Shown in pieces: positions 1 to 10,111 of a stretch of DNA of 51,882 bases. The stretch is taken from contig JBELDQ010000001.1 of the NCBI GenBank assembly GCA_042094215.1, positions 1 through 51,882 of the forward strand, read 5' to 3'. Position 1 is the stretch's first letter, and every line of letters begins with the position of its first letter. Under the pieces are notes generated by a model. The model was not told the origin of the DNA, made no database searches, and worked only from the letters and a program-made list of their open reading frames with translations. Position numbers and translations under genes: made by a program. The stretch is from Polaribacter sp. (GTDB lineage Bacteria; Bacteroidota; Bacteroidia; Flavobacteriales; Flavobacteriaceae).

Positions 1-445
1 CGAATTTATTTATAAAAAGCTGATGAATTTTACTAGAAAAAAAACTCGTACATCCCGAAAGAACACGCAGTTGATGTGTGATATACACCGAAGGCACTGC
101 AGTGCTTCGAACACCTAGTCTGTTATCGGAAATCACACCAACAACCTCTCTGTTTTCTACAATATATTTTTGAAGTACTTTTTGCTCTTTTAAAACAGCG
201 TTCAACACTTTAGGAGCTTGCATCAACAAGCCTATCTTTAGATTTTTTGCATATGAAATTTCATAAGATGGCAATTCCAAAATTTCCAAATCTGGAAACT
301 CTTTCCTTAGAAAAAGAAGTGCTTCTCCGTCTGATGCAAGCACAGGCGTGTAGTGGTTCTTTTGTAAAAATTGAATGATGGGTATGCACCGAGAGGCATG
401 ACCTAACCCCCAATTTAAGGGCGCAACAATTATTTTTTTTCTCAT
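1..445 (-). CDS. GT-B fold glycosyltransferase (GT28/MurG-like), partial; runs off the left edge
   Basis: Not in the ORF track. Hand translation from ATG at 445: MRKKIIVAPLNWGLGHASRCIPIIQFLQKNHYTPVLASDGEALLFLRKEFPDLEILELPSY...VISDNRLG..., open to base 1; GLGH motif typical of GT28-like N-termini. Confidence 0.85.
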   Translation of the reverse strand, partial: MRKKIIVAPLNWGLGHASRCIPIIQFLQKNHYTPVLASDGEALLFLRKEFPDLEILELPSYEISYAKNLKIGLLMQAPKVLNAVLKEQKVLQKYIVENREVVGVISDNRLGVRSTAVPSVYITHQLRVLSGCTSFFSSKIHQLFINKF

Positions 446-513
446 ATGTCGAGATTTAAAATGGCATTGCAATGGCTTATGAATACCAACTCACTACAAT
501 TGAATGCTATTCC

Positions 514-1788
514 CTATAAAAGATCAAAACCAATATCTTTTCTGTAATTCATCTTCTTAAAATGAATTTTATCAATAGAACGATACGATGTGCTCAATGC
601 TTCGTCAATGCTGTCTCCAAAAGAGGTAATTGCCATCACGCGTCCACCATTTGTAATCACTCCTCCATCGGCAACCGCAGTTCCTGCATGAAAAACAATG
701 GAATCAGTTACCTCATCAATTCCATGAATCTCTTTTCCTTTTTCATAGGCCTCAGGATAGCCCCCAGAAACCAACATCACCGTAGTCGCTGTTCTTGAAT
801 TAATAGCACATGTTTTCAAGTGCAAGGTTTGATGTGCAACCCCTTCAAATAAATCGACCAAATCAGAGTCAATTCTCGGAATAACAACCTCTGTTTCTGG
901 ATCTCCCATTCTCACATTGTATTCAATTACTTGCGGGTTTCCATCCACATTCATTAACCCAATAAAGATAAAGCCACGGTAGTCGATTCCGTCTTTCTGT
1001 AAACCATTTATAGTAGGAATTACAACACGCTGTTCTACTTTTTCTAAAAAGGCTGGGGTTGCGAAATGCACAGGAGAAATAGCACCCATTCCGCCTGTAT
1101 TAAGACCCACATCACCCTCTCCGATGCGCTTGTAATCCTTTGCTGAAGGTAAAATTTTATAACTCTTACCGTCTGTTAAAACAAAAACAGACAACTCAAT
1201 ACCCGCTAAAAATTCTTCTATTACAACAGTAGAAGATGCTTCTCCAAATTTTTGGTTAGAGACCATTTCTTTCAATTCTTTTTTAGCCTCTTCTAACGAA
1301 TCTAAAATCAGAACTCCCTTTCCTGCAGCCAATCCATCTGCTTTTAAAACAAAAGGAGGTGCTAAGGTTTCTAAAAATTGATACCCATCAACTAAATTCT
1401 CTTTGGTAAAAGATTGATATCTAGCCGTTGGTATGCCATGCTTTTTCATAAACATTTTAGAGAAGTCTTTACTCCCTTCTAAAAGAGCTCCATCTTTCTT
1501 CGGACCGATAACGGGAATATGTTTCAACGCACTATCTGCTAAGAAAAAATCATGTACACCATTTACTAATGGTGCCTCCGGACCAACAACAACCATCTCA
1601 ATACGGTTGTCTAAAACGACTTCCTTTATTGCTGAAAAATCTGTTGGACTGATGGCTAGGTTCGTGGCAATTTCTGAGGTACCCGCGTTTCCAGGAGCAA
1701 CAAAAAGTTGTTGCACCTTCGTACTCTGCGATAATTTTAATGCAAAAGCGTGTTCTCTTCCTCCAGAACCTAAAATAAGAATATTCAT
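514..1788 (-). CDS. purD: Phosphoribosylamine--glycine ligase
   Basis: ILGSGGREHA start, LEGSKDFSK, KADGLAAGKGV, NTGGMGA, EYNVRMGDPE motifs. Confidence 0.98.
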   Translation of the reverse strand: MNILILGSGGREHAFALKLSQSTKVQQLFVAPGNAGTSEIATNLAISPTDFSAIKEVVLDNRIEMVVVGPEAPLVNGVHDFFLADSALKHIPVIGPKKDGALLEGSKDFSKMFMKKHGIPTARYQSFTKENLVDGYQFLETLAPPFVLKADGLAAGKGVLILDSLEEAKKELKEMVSNQKFGEASSTVVIEEFLAGIELSVFVLTDGKSYKILPSAKDYKRIGEGDVGLNTGGMGAISPVHFATPAFLEKVEQRVVIPTINGLQKDGIDYRGFIFIGLMNVDGNPQVIEYNVRMGDPETEVVIPRIDSDLVDLFEGVAHQTLHLKTCAINSRTATTVMLVSGGYPEAYEKGKEIHGIDEVTDSIVFHAGTAVADGGVITNGGRVMAITSFGDSIDEALSTSYRSIDKIHFKKMNYRKDIGFDLL

Positions 1789-1813
1789 TGTGTTGTGTTG
1801 TTGTTTGTTGTGA

Positions 1814-1821
1814 CAAATATA
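1814..1821 (-). promoter_or_regulatory. Bacteroidota housekeeping -7 element (TATATTTG) for purD
   Basis: Matches TAnnTTTG, 25 nt upstream of the ATG. Confidence 0.6.
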
Positions 1822-1860
1822 CGTTCTAAAATTCTTTTTATCAGAGAAAAAATGGGGTCA

Positions 1861-2613
1861 TTATTTTCGCCACTTTATAAAATAACGGAGTGCTGAAATC
1901 GCATGGAAATAAAAAAGTTTGATGCTTTTCGAAGAACCTCTTCTATGAATGTGAGTTATTTGCTCTTTTGGGTAGTACAAAATCTCTTTTCCCGACTGCT
2001 TTAATTTTTTACAAATATCTGCATCTTCCATGTATAAAAAATAACGCTCATCGAACCCACCTATGTCGATAAAATCAACTGTTTTAAACAACATAAAACA
2101 ACCATGCATAAAATCTGGAGAAAAGGGCTCTGATAGTTTGTGATACTGCCTAGATGCCAAATACTTTTTGAACACACCAAAACGTCTCGCTATCAATTCT
2201 CTCACTGAAGGCTCCATCCTGCAAATCACTTGTGCATCTCCGCTTGGATACACAACACTTGGACAAACCAATGATATCTTTGAATTCTCTTCTAATTGTT
2301 TGACTAGGTTCTTAAAAATAGTTGGCCTAAAACACACATCTGGATTTAAGACTAAATGAAATTTCGATACTCCTTTGACAGCAGGTATCACCGAGTTATG
2401 TGCTGCTCCAAATCCACAATTTCTCCCAACATATTTGTAATCAATTTCTGCATGTGAAAACAGCTCATGCTCGCTTCTGCTAGGTGAGTTGTCAACTATA
2501 TAAAGCTTTTTAGACAAAGGCACTTCTAAAAAACTCCAGATTGCCTGCGCTAATGTTTGCAGATCTTCCTCGTACAAAACAATCGATGCTGTTATGTGAA
2601 TTTGACTAGTCAA
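1861..2613 (-). CDS. GT2 glycosyltransferase (WbbL/rhamnosyltransferase-like)
   Basis: IVDNS, NCGFGAAHN, VLNPD, GGFDERYFLYMEDADIC motifs; TTG start. Confidence 0.88.
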   Translation of the reverse strand: MTSQIHITASIVLYEEDLQTLAQAIWSFLEVPLSKKLYIVDNSPSRSEHELFSHAEIDYKYVGRNCGFGAAHNSVIPAVKGVSKFHLVLNPDVCFRPTIFKNLVKQLEENSKISLVCPSVVYPSGDAQVICRMEPSVRELIARRFGVFKKYLASRQYHKLSEPFSPDFMHGCFMLFKTVDFIDIGGFDERYFLYMEDADICKKLKQSGKEILYYPKEQITHIHRRGSSKSIKLFYFHAISALRYFIKWRK

Positions 2614-2615
2614 AA

Positions 2616-3974
2616 TTAATAAGCCTTTTCGTCTCCCTTGTAGACATTAAACACTGTTTGAAGTATAATTTTTATATCTAAGAAAATAGACCAATTTTCT
2701 ATGTAAAAGATATCCAATCGAATTCTATTCTTAATGTCTGACCTCTTTTTGATCTCTCCTCTATATCCTCTTACTTGGGCCAATCCGGTTATACCCGGCT
2801 TCATGGCATGGCGTTCGAGGTAATTGTTAACGTTTTTCTGATACTCCACAGCCAAGCTTTTCAAATGGGGTCTTGGCCCAACAACACTCATATGCCCCTG
2901 AAGTACATTAAAAAACTGAGGCAATTCATCCAAGCTCGTTTTTCGTAAAAACGAGCCTACCTTCGTAACTCTCGCATCATTTTTCACGGTATGTTTTTGA
3001 TCTGTATCAATATTAGAGCGCATGGATCTAAATTTATAACAAACAAATAACTCCCCATTCAACCCCTCTCTCTTTTGTTTAAAAAATGCGGGGCCTTTAG
3101 ATTCTAAGCGCACCAATATCCAAATGATAGGTGTTAACCAAGACATCACAAAAATGATGGTAAAGCATGAAAAGGCAATGTCAAATATTCTTTTCAAGAC
3201 CCTATTTTCACGGAACTCAAAAGGCAATTTATTAACACTTAAAACCACTAATGAATCGTCGTAATACTGTGTCTTATAACTTTTGCTGTACAGTTGATCT
3301 GCATCTGGAAGTATCTTTAATTCAATATTGTTATTGTTGGCATACTTCCTAAGTTCTTTCACGTGTTCCGTTTCAAACTCAGACATCGAGCAATAGATCT
3401 CATCAATATCATGTTCCAAAACAAATGAATAACAATCGCTTGGTTGCCCTTTATACAAGGTATTTTGTTCTTTTGAATCTGAGAAAAAACCTAAAATGAG
3501 GTATCCCAAACTCTTTCTTTCCTCAAACAATTGTATTATTTTTTTCGCGGTTTCATCAAAACCAATAACAATGACATTTCTATAGTTGTTTCCGCTTGCT
3601 CGATACCTATGCAAAGCATGCACAAACCCATACTTACTGATGGTTATCACAATAAATATCGTAGAGAGTATAAAGGTCTGATTGTTGACAACTGTCCCTT
3701 CTCTGAAAAGAGAAAAGTAGGTGAAAAACCCCATAAAAAAAACCGAAAACTGCGTCGCTAAAAGCGTTAATAACTTAAAAAAGCTCGTAGATCTATAGAT
3801 CTTATAAAAGCCACTAAAAAAGGAAGAGATCATCCAAAACAGATTGCTATAAAGGAGAAAACTAAAGTTCAAATATTCACCATCAAAAGTAATAGAAACC
3901 ACAGCATTTATAATGCATAGATCTATGAATAACATAAGGGGCTTGATAAATATTGAGTATCGTTTATTTTTCAC
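2616..3974 (-). CDS. Undecaprenyl-phosphate hexose-1-phosphate transferase (WcaJ/WbaP family initiating transferase)
   Basis: N-terminal TM helices, then KRIFDI, YKFRSM, LRKTSLDELPQFFNVLQGHMSVVGPRP, KPGITGLAQV. Confidence 0.95.
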   Translation of the reverse strand: MKNKRYSIFIKPLMLFIDLCIINAVVSITFDGEYLNFSFLLYSNLFWMISSFFSGFYKIYRSTSFFKLLTLLATQFSVFFMGFFTYFSLFREGTVVNNQTFILSTIFIVITISKYGFVHALHRYRASGNNYRNVIVIGFDETAKKIIQLFEERKSLGYLILGFFSDSKEQNTLYKGQPSDCYSFVLEHDIDEIYCSMSEFETEHVKELRKYANNNNIELKILPDADQLYSKSYKTQYYDDSLVVLSVNKLPFEFRENRVLKRIFDIAFSCFTIIFVMSWLTPIIWILVRLESKGPAFFKQKREGLNGELFVCYKFRSMRSNIDTDQKHTVKNDARVTKVGSFLRKTSLDELPQFFNVLQGHMSVVGPRPHLKSLAVEYQKNVNNYLERHAMKPGITGLAQVRGYRGEIKKRSDIKNRIRLDIFYIENWSIFLDIKIILQTVFNVYKGDEKAY

Positions 3975-5091
3975 GTTTTCTTTTTAAGAACGATGCTATT
4001 TTGCTTTTGAAATGTACTAAAAATTGTGCTTCTGAAAACCTTTCTGCATGGTTTTTAATCCAAACTGGATGAAATTCATTTTCATGCATCTCAAAAAAAG
4101 TAATTTCTTTTTCTAATGAAGCAATCGTTTGCTCATTAAAAAAAAGTCCAGAGGACTCTTTAATATTTTGTCTATTCTCAACAACCGTTTCCAAAGCACC
4201 TCCTTTTTTATAGGCAATAACAGGCACTCCGTAAGCCATTACTTCTAGAGGAATCATCCCAAAATCTTCTTCTCCCGGAAATAACAATGCCTTTGACTTT
4301 TGTATTTCATTTTCAATACCTTTCCAATGAGCAATAGACTTGAATACGATATTCGAATTTGCAATTTCTTGAAGTCTTTTCTTTTCCGATCCGTTTCCTA
4401 TAATGACTAGTTTTTTGCCATTCTTATTAAACGTTTCAACTAATAAATCGATTTTTTTATAGGGTGTTATCGCACCAAAACTAAGATAGTGTTCTTTTAC
4501 TGTATTTACCATTATGTTTTTGGCAAATAATTCATCTGCAATTGGCGGATATACTACGTCTGACGCTCTGTTATAATAGGTTTTTATTCTTTGCGAAACA
4601 TTAAAAGAGTTTGAAAGGTAATGATCTACATTGTTTACGGTCTTTTCATCCCATTTTCTGAGCCTTTCGAGTAAAAACCCGACAAGGGGTCTAGCATACT
4701 TCGGAACTGCTTGCAAATACATGTTTTTGTGACTCCAACAATACCGCATTGGTGAGTGCACATAACAGACATGAGTTGCGTCATTATGAATTTTAATTCC
4801 TTTTGCTGGACCCGACTCAGAGGAAATTATTAAGTCATAAGCTCCCTGCAACTTTAGCGATTTAACGGCCAAGGGATATAGTGGAAATATCTTTTGGTAG
4901 TGTTTTCTAAAAAATTTATTGTCAAGTGCAGAAGTAAATACTTGTTGTTGTTTTAAATGCGCTCCATAGCTTTCTTCATCATAAAAAAGGGTGTAGATAT
5001 CTGCCTCAGGAAAAATTTTAAGTAACGATTCTATTACCTTTTCTCCACCTCTTCTTGTAATAAACCAATAATGAACTATGGCTACTTTCAT
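3964..5091 (-). CDS. GT4 glycosyltransferase (WbaZ-like)
   Basis: MKVAIVHYW..RGGEKV, CYVHSPMRY, EDFGMIPLEVMAYGVPVIAY. Confidence 0.92.
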   Translation of the reverse strand: MKVAIVHYWFITRRGGEKVIESLLKIFPEADIYTLFYDEESYGAHLKQQQVFTSALDNKFFRKHYQKIFPLYPLAVKSLKLQGAYDLIISSESGPAKGIKIHNDATHVCYVHSPMRYCWSHKNMYLQAVPKYARPLVGFLLERLRKWDEKTVNNVDHYLSNSFNVSQRIKTYYNRASDVVYPPIADELFAKNIMVNTVKEHYLSFGAITPYKKIDLLVETFNKNGKKLVIIGNGSEKKRLQEIANSNIVFKSIAHWKGIENEIQKSKALLFPGEEDFGMIPLEVMAYGVPVIAYKKGGALETVVENRQNIKESSGLFFNEQTIASLEKEITFFEMHENEFHPVWIKNHAERFSEAQFLVHFKSKIASFLKRKREK

Positions 5092-6320
5092 TAACTTGTT
5101 CGCGCGTTTTTTGAATAAAAGATAAAAATAGAGTTAAAAAACGCATAAAACAAAACACCATCGTGTCTACTTAAAATATTTTCAGTTAAAAAACAAGTCG
5201 CTACAAGTACACTAAAAGCAAGATAGCCCATGATTTTTTGTCTATACGCATAACGCATACCAAAAAGAATGCTAAGTATAAAAATAAGACCTCCTATTAC
5301 CCCAGAAGATAGAAAAATTTGCAGGTATTGATTATGTGCATTGTACTGTTTTATCTGATACACATTACTATCTATTTCTTCCTTATAACAGGTGTCCAGT
5401 TGATCATTTACATCTCCAATTCCATAACCAAAAAGCCATTTTTTTAGAATTAACTTCGATGAACAGAAATAAATACCGCCTCGAATGTGCTCACTTGTCA
5501 TGGTTTCATGTTGCAAATGATAATCTCCTTTTGGCAATGAAAAATCAACTTTTTCTATGAGCTGTTTGTGGTTAAAGAAAATGAAGCATATCGCAACAAT
5601 TACAATACTGACAAGTAGATACACTTTCTTTTTCTTATCTCTTATTTTATGAATTAGATAGGCAAACACCAAAAGAGAAGTCGTTACAAAAGGAAGTCTC
5701 GCACCAATAACAATCTGCCAAAACACAAAGTATGCAATTAAACTGCACACAAAGAACAATTTTATTTTATGAGCACGGAATGCTTTTGAAATTAAGATGA
5801 ATATTCCGAATGCAATCCAAATGGCAAAATAAGTCCCGTGAACATTTGTGTATTTTTCAAAAGCCAATCGATACTCCCAGTTTGATAATGCTGAAGTTGT
5901 AAAACTTAAATATAAATGGTTCCAGAATAGAGTCAAGGCTAATGCTGCTATATATACCGATAAGACCATTCTTAATTTTTCTCTATTCACTTTGTGTTTC
6001 GTTAGGATGCCTATTGCTAAAGGAAACATCAATAAAGGTGCTGTTTTAACTACAAAGCCAAAAGCCTCTTCCTTGTTTTCACTACAAAGAACTCCTATAA
6101 GGTACATTAGAAAAACACTTGAGAACAAGAGCACTTTAACCACCGCTAACTTTGCGATCTTAAAATCCTTTTTTTTAATAAAAAGAACGACCGATAGTAC
6201 AAAAAATAAAAGCATAGATATGCTTTGAACCGCTTTAGGAAAGAGTGGAAAAGCTGCAATTAAATACAAATTATAATCCCACAACGTATCAATTGAAAAA
6301 GTAGAAACAGCTCTTTTCAT
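5091..6320 (-). CDS. O-antigen ligase (WaaL/Wzy_C) family membrane protein
   Basis: About 10-12 hydrophobic segments, FGYGIGD and NAHNQYLQIFLSSGVIG loop motifs. Confidence 0.85.
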   Translation of the reverse strand: MKRAVSTFSIDTLWDYNLYLIAAFPLFPKAVQSISMLLFFVLSVVLFIKKKDFKIAKLAVVKVLLFSSVFLMYLIGVLCSENKEEAFGFVVKTAPLLMFPLAIGILTKHKVNREKLRMVLSVYIAALALTLFWNHLYLSFTTSALSNWEYRLAFEKYTNVHGTYFAIWIAFGIFILISKAFRAHKIKLFFVCSLIAYFVFWQIVIGARLPFVTTSLLVFAYLIHKIRDKKKKVYLLVSIVIVAICFIFFNHKQLIEKVDFSLPKGDYHLQHETMTSEHIRGGIYFCSSKLILKKWLFGYGIGDVNDQLDTCYKEEIDSNVYQIKQYNAHNQYLQIFLSSGVIGGLIFILSILFGMRYAYRQKIMGYLAFSVLVATCFLTENILSRHDGVLFYAFFNSIFIFYSKNARTS

Positions 6321-7399
6321 TGTTGCGAAAGTACTTTTATGTGTTCATGGGCAGATTTTTTCCAACAAAATTTTTTCATGTGTTCTAAGCCTTTCTCAAC
6401 ATATTGTTTTTGCAAACCAGTATCGGTGAGAAACTGCTCTAATTGAGAAGCTAGATCTTCTACGTTTAATGGGTCAAAATAACGAACAGCATGACCTCCT
6501 ATTTCTGGTAAACTACCAGCATTTGAGCTTAAAACGGGTGTGCCAACAGCCATTGCTTCAATAAGAGGAAGCCCAAAACCTTCATACATAGACGGAAAAA
6601 CTAAAAGTTCTGCATTCTTGTAAATAGATGGAACAAATTTATCTTTTACATAATCGGTGAAATAAACAGCCGATGTCAGGTTCATTGTATCAATGAATTC
6701 AAAAATATGTTTGTCTGGGGTAATAAATCCTGTTTTTTTACCCAAAACAACCAATTTCACTTCTCCTTGTAGTTGTTTGGTTAAAGAACTGTATGCCTTT
6801 AATAAAGTGATTAAATTTTTGTGAGGTTTTACATTCCCAACAAACAAGACATATCTAGTCGGAAGCTCTGTAATAAGGGGTTTACATGTTTTAAAATCTT
6901 CGGATACACCGCAATAAATCACCTTTATTTTAGACGGACTCTCATCTGTATATTTGAGAATTTCTTTCTTTGAAAAATTAGAAACTGTAATTATTTTTGA
7001 ACTTCTTCTAAGTGCATTTTCATATAATATCCTTGAATATTTCTTCTTTAAGCGAGAAAGTGAAGTGATTTCTGATAAATGATTGACATCATGAATTGTG
7101 GTAATTCTATGCTTTGCTCTAATAGGTAATATAGGTGTATTAAAATGAGGAGCCCAAAAAACATCTGTCTTGGGAACTATAAAAGGTAATAATAGCTGCT
7201 CCTTCAATGAATACAAAGGGGCATTGAAATCTATTATCTGACAATTTGGACGTTTTGAATATCGATGTAACTTCGCTCGATTGCCTAACAACCTAACCGT
7301 AAAGACTTCAAGCACATATGGTAACAAATTTTTTAAATATGTCCCTATTCCTGAATCGTCAATCATTCTAGCGTCAATAGTCAATGTCATTTCACTCAT
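6317..7399 (-). CDS. GT4 glycosyltransferase (mannosyltransferase-like)
   Basis: IDARMI..SGIGTY, TIHDV, VGNVKPHKN, FPSMYEGFGLPLIEAMAVGTPV. Confidence 0.92.
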   Translation of the reverse strand: MSEMTLTIDARMIDDSGIGTYLKNLLPYVLEVFTVRLLGNRAKLHRYSKRPNCQIIDFNAPLYSLKEQLLLPFIVPKTDVFWAPHFNTPILPIRAKHRITTIHDVNHLSEITSLSRLKKKYSRILYENALRRSSKIITVSNFSKKEILKYTDESPSKIKVIYCGVSEDFKTCKPLITELPTRYVLFVGNVKPHKNLITLLKAYSSLTKQLQGEVKLVVLGKKTGFITPDKHIFEFIDTMNLTSAVYFTDYVKDKFVPSIYKNAELLVFPSMYEGFGLPLIEAMAVGTPVLSSNAGSLPEIGGHAVRYFDPLNVEDLASQLEQFLTDTGLQKQYVEKGLEHMKKFCWKKSAHEHIKVLSQQ

Positions 7400-8630
7400 G
7401 TAACTCTTGTTTTGATCCTAAAGAAATCAGTATTCCGAATAACACCCAAGGGTATAAAAAATACAATTGTACGCCGAACATAAAAAAACACAAGAATATA
7501 AAAAGGAATTTTTCTAACCCCTGATTCAAAGGTCTTATTTTTCTATAAAAACGATACACGATATACATAAAAGCAAAAAAAACAAAGAATCCTCCATCCA
7601 CCAACAACTGCATTAATCCGCCAAAACCATGGGCATCTGTCTCACCGCTCGGACTTCTGGGAATAACCCCTAAATATTCAGGATTATTTCTCATGATAGG
7701 ATAATTACCTAATCCAATTCCCATTGCAGGATAGTCTTTAATCATTTCTGGAAAGATATAAACTCCCGCAATTCTACCCATAATTAAATTAATATCTGTG
7801 GGTCTTTCTGCTATTTCTCTTTTTATATTATTGATATCAGAAATATAATGTTTCGCTAATTTAGATAAAACAAATGATAAAAATAGCCCCCCAATAATTA
7901 ATACGATAATATTTAACTCTCTGAGGCTTTTATAAATTTTTCGATAATAGTGTATTGCAAACCAAATAAGCACTAACATAAATCCAGCTTTCGAATCGGC
8001 AAGAAAAACGATGACCAATACAATAATTGTTCTCGTTAGAAAGTGATACTTGTTCGTATAGAAAAAGGATAAACAAAAGGTAAATGCCAACATTAAACCA
8101 TAGGGTCCGCCTTCTCCAAACCACCCTCTTAATCTATCTCCCCAGTACACCATGCGTGTTTCTGCTATAAAGTCTGACATGTATAATATATAGATAACCA
8201 CATTGACCATTAATATGATAAATGAAAAGTCATACATATATTTTATATACTGTTGTATATCTTCTTTGGATTTACCTTTAAAAAATAAATAAACCAATGC
8301 TGTTAAATTGACACATGAAATCAATTCTAAAAATCTACCTATTGAAATTACATAAGGTGTTTTTAAAACAGAAACGTTTTCTAACAAATAAAAGCTTCTA
8401 GAGTAGTTCAAGCATATAGTAATTATAAACCAGGCTATAAATAGCGCAAGAAGCATTAGAATCCATTTATTAATCTTTTTTACATAAAGAAAAGGAGTTA
8501 ATAGAAGCAATGCAATTTCAGATGCTTTGATAACATCAATCTTCAATTCTGTGAATTGAACACAAAAAACAACAAATAAAACAAAGATCAGGTTCTTCAC
8601 AATAAACAAGCTGTTTTTTTTGGTGGTCAT
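7392..8630 (-). CDS. Putative Wzy polymerase / O-antigen ligase-like membrane protein
   Basis: Multi-TM; RLRGWFGEGG, SKAG, GIGLGNY and DAH loop motifs; located in glycan cluster. Confidence 0.72.
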   Translation of the reverse strand: MTTKKNSLFIVKNLIFVLFVVFCVQFTELKIDVIKASEIALLLLTPFLYVKKINKWILMLLALFIAWFIITICLNYSRSFYLLENVSVLKTPYVISIGRFLELISCVNLTALVYLFFKGKSKEDIQQYIKYMYDFSFIILMVNVVIYILYMSDFIAETRMVYWGDRLRGWFGEGGPYGLMLAFTFCLSFFYTNKYHFLTRTIIVLVIVFLADSKAGFMLVLIWFAIHYYRKIYKSLRELNIIVLIIGGLFLSFVLSKLAKHYISDINNIKREIAERPTDINLIMGRIAGVYIFPEMIKDYPAMGIGLGNYPIMRNNPEYLGVIPRSPSGETDAHGFGGLMQLLVDGGFFVFFAFMYIVYRFYRKIRPLNQGLEKFLFIFLCFFMFGVQLYFLYPWVLFGILISLGSKQELHE

Positions 8631-8642
8631 GCTTCAATATAA

Positions 8643-9944
8643 TTAATGTTTGAAAAAAGGTATGTATACCGCTAGAATCTTCATGTCTTTTTTAATATAG
8701 ATGACCGCTAATGTATTTGTTAAAAGAATAGAAAAACCAGTAGCAATAGAGGCACCAGTAATGCCATAATTAGGAATCAATAATAGATTCAATGCTATGT
8801 TTATTCCAGCAGAAATCATCGTTATTTTACCGAAGACCTTCTGTTTCCCTGTCATATTCAAAATTAAATCAACGAAACCAGAAATAGCATATAAAAACTG
8901 ACAAGCAGAGAGTATGATTAAAGCATACAAACCCTTTAAATACTCAGGACCGAAAAACAGTAATAATTGCTCAGAAAAAATGAGCATACAAACAAAAATA
9001 GGTGCGGTAATAAAAAAAATTAATTTGACCCCTTTTCGTATTACATCCTTTATTTCATCTTTCTTCCCTTCAGAAAATAAACGACCAATTTTAGGCCCTA
9101 AAATAGTTCCTAAAACAATAAGAAAAATGGTGTTCAATGTGGAAATCTGCACTACAACCCTGTAGATTCCTACATTTTCACTGACATCGAAAAAAGCCAA
9201 CATCAAAGTATCTAATGAAAAAATAATATAAATCATCGATGAACTAAGCATCATAGGATAGCTTAGAGCGAGTAACTTCTTTACTGGAAAATCAACGGTG
9301 TTATTCGTTTTTTTAATTGGAAACACCTTAAAAAGAGAGTATCCTGTAGCAATTAGTACACTCAATAGAAAACATACGACTAGATACATTTCATTTGATG
9401 AAAAATAATGAAAGCAAATAAATAGACCAATAAGAAAAATAAAATTATTAAAAAATGAGCTGATAAAAGAAAATAACACAACCCTCTTTTGCCCCTTAAA
9501 TAAGTTGCTATTATAATTTAAAAATACCGAGACGATTACTATTAATGGGAAAAATGTAAAATAGTGCTCTAATTTTTGATCATCAAAAACATGAAGAGAA
9601 ATTTCTCTTTTGAAATAAAAGATAAAAAATGACACTAGTAAAGAAGAACAGAATAAAATACGATACGATTTTTGCACAAAATTACTCTTAAATTTTCCGC
9701 TCACATAATGATTCGTATCTGAACCTAATTTTATTGCAAGCGTATTTAAACCCAGTGTAGTAAGAATAATTAAAATAAGTAGTAATGACTTTAGTATTGA
9801 AAACCTCCCATAGGCCTCTGCACCATAGTACTTCGAAATTACAATCGCTAAAACATATACAATTAGTAAGTTCAACCCATAAAAAATAAAATTGATAGAT
9901 CCTCCTTTAATCAGGTCAACTATGTGATGGTCTTTTTTATTCAT
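8643..9944 (-). CDS. wzx: Wzx/MATE-like oligosaccharide flippase
   Basis: About 12 TM; YGAEAYGRFS, DTLML...VGIY, NLLLIPNYGITGASIAT. Confidence 0.9.
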   Translation of the reverse strand: MNKKDHHIVDLIKGGSINFIFYGLNLLIVYVLAIVISKYYGAEAYGRFSILKSLLLILIILTTLGLNTLAIKLGSDTNHYVSGKFKSNFVQKSYRILFCSSLLVSFFIFYFKREISLHVFDDQKLEHYFTFFPLIVIVSVFLNYNSNLFKGQKRVVLFSFISSFFNNFIFLIGLFICFHYFSSNEMYLVVCFLLSVLIATGYSLFKVFPIKKTNNTVDFPVKKLLALSYPMMLSSSMIYIIFSLDTLMLAFFDVSENVGIYRVVVQISTLNTIFLIVLGTILGPKIGRLFSEGKKDEIKDVIRKGVKLIFFITAPIFVCMLIFSEQLLLFFGPEYLKGLYALIILSACQFLYAISGFVDLILNMTGKQKVFGKITMISAGINIALNLLLIPNYGITGASIATGFSILLTNTLAVIYIKKDMKILAVYIPFFKH

Positions 9945-10111
9945 TCCTTTTTTAATAGTCTAATTTCGTTCAAGGAAAACTCTAACTTTTACAACAATAA
10001 GCAATTGCTTGAATGAACTTTATGAAACAAGCATAGTGAAGATCAAATACTCTATTTTAATAACATGAATAAAATGAGACTATTCCTCTAGAAATTCTAA
10101 TTAAAAAAACA

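Noticed and set aside
340-445. Possible frameshift in the edge glycosyltransferase at its A/T runs
   Set aside because: Recounting the bases gives one continuous frame (QFLQKNHYTP).
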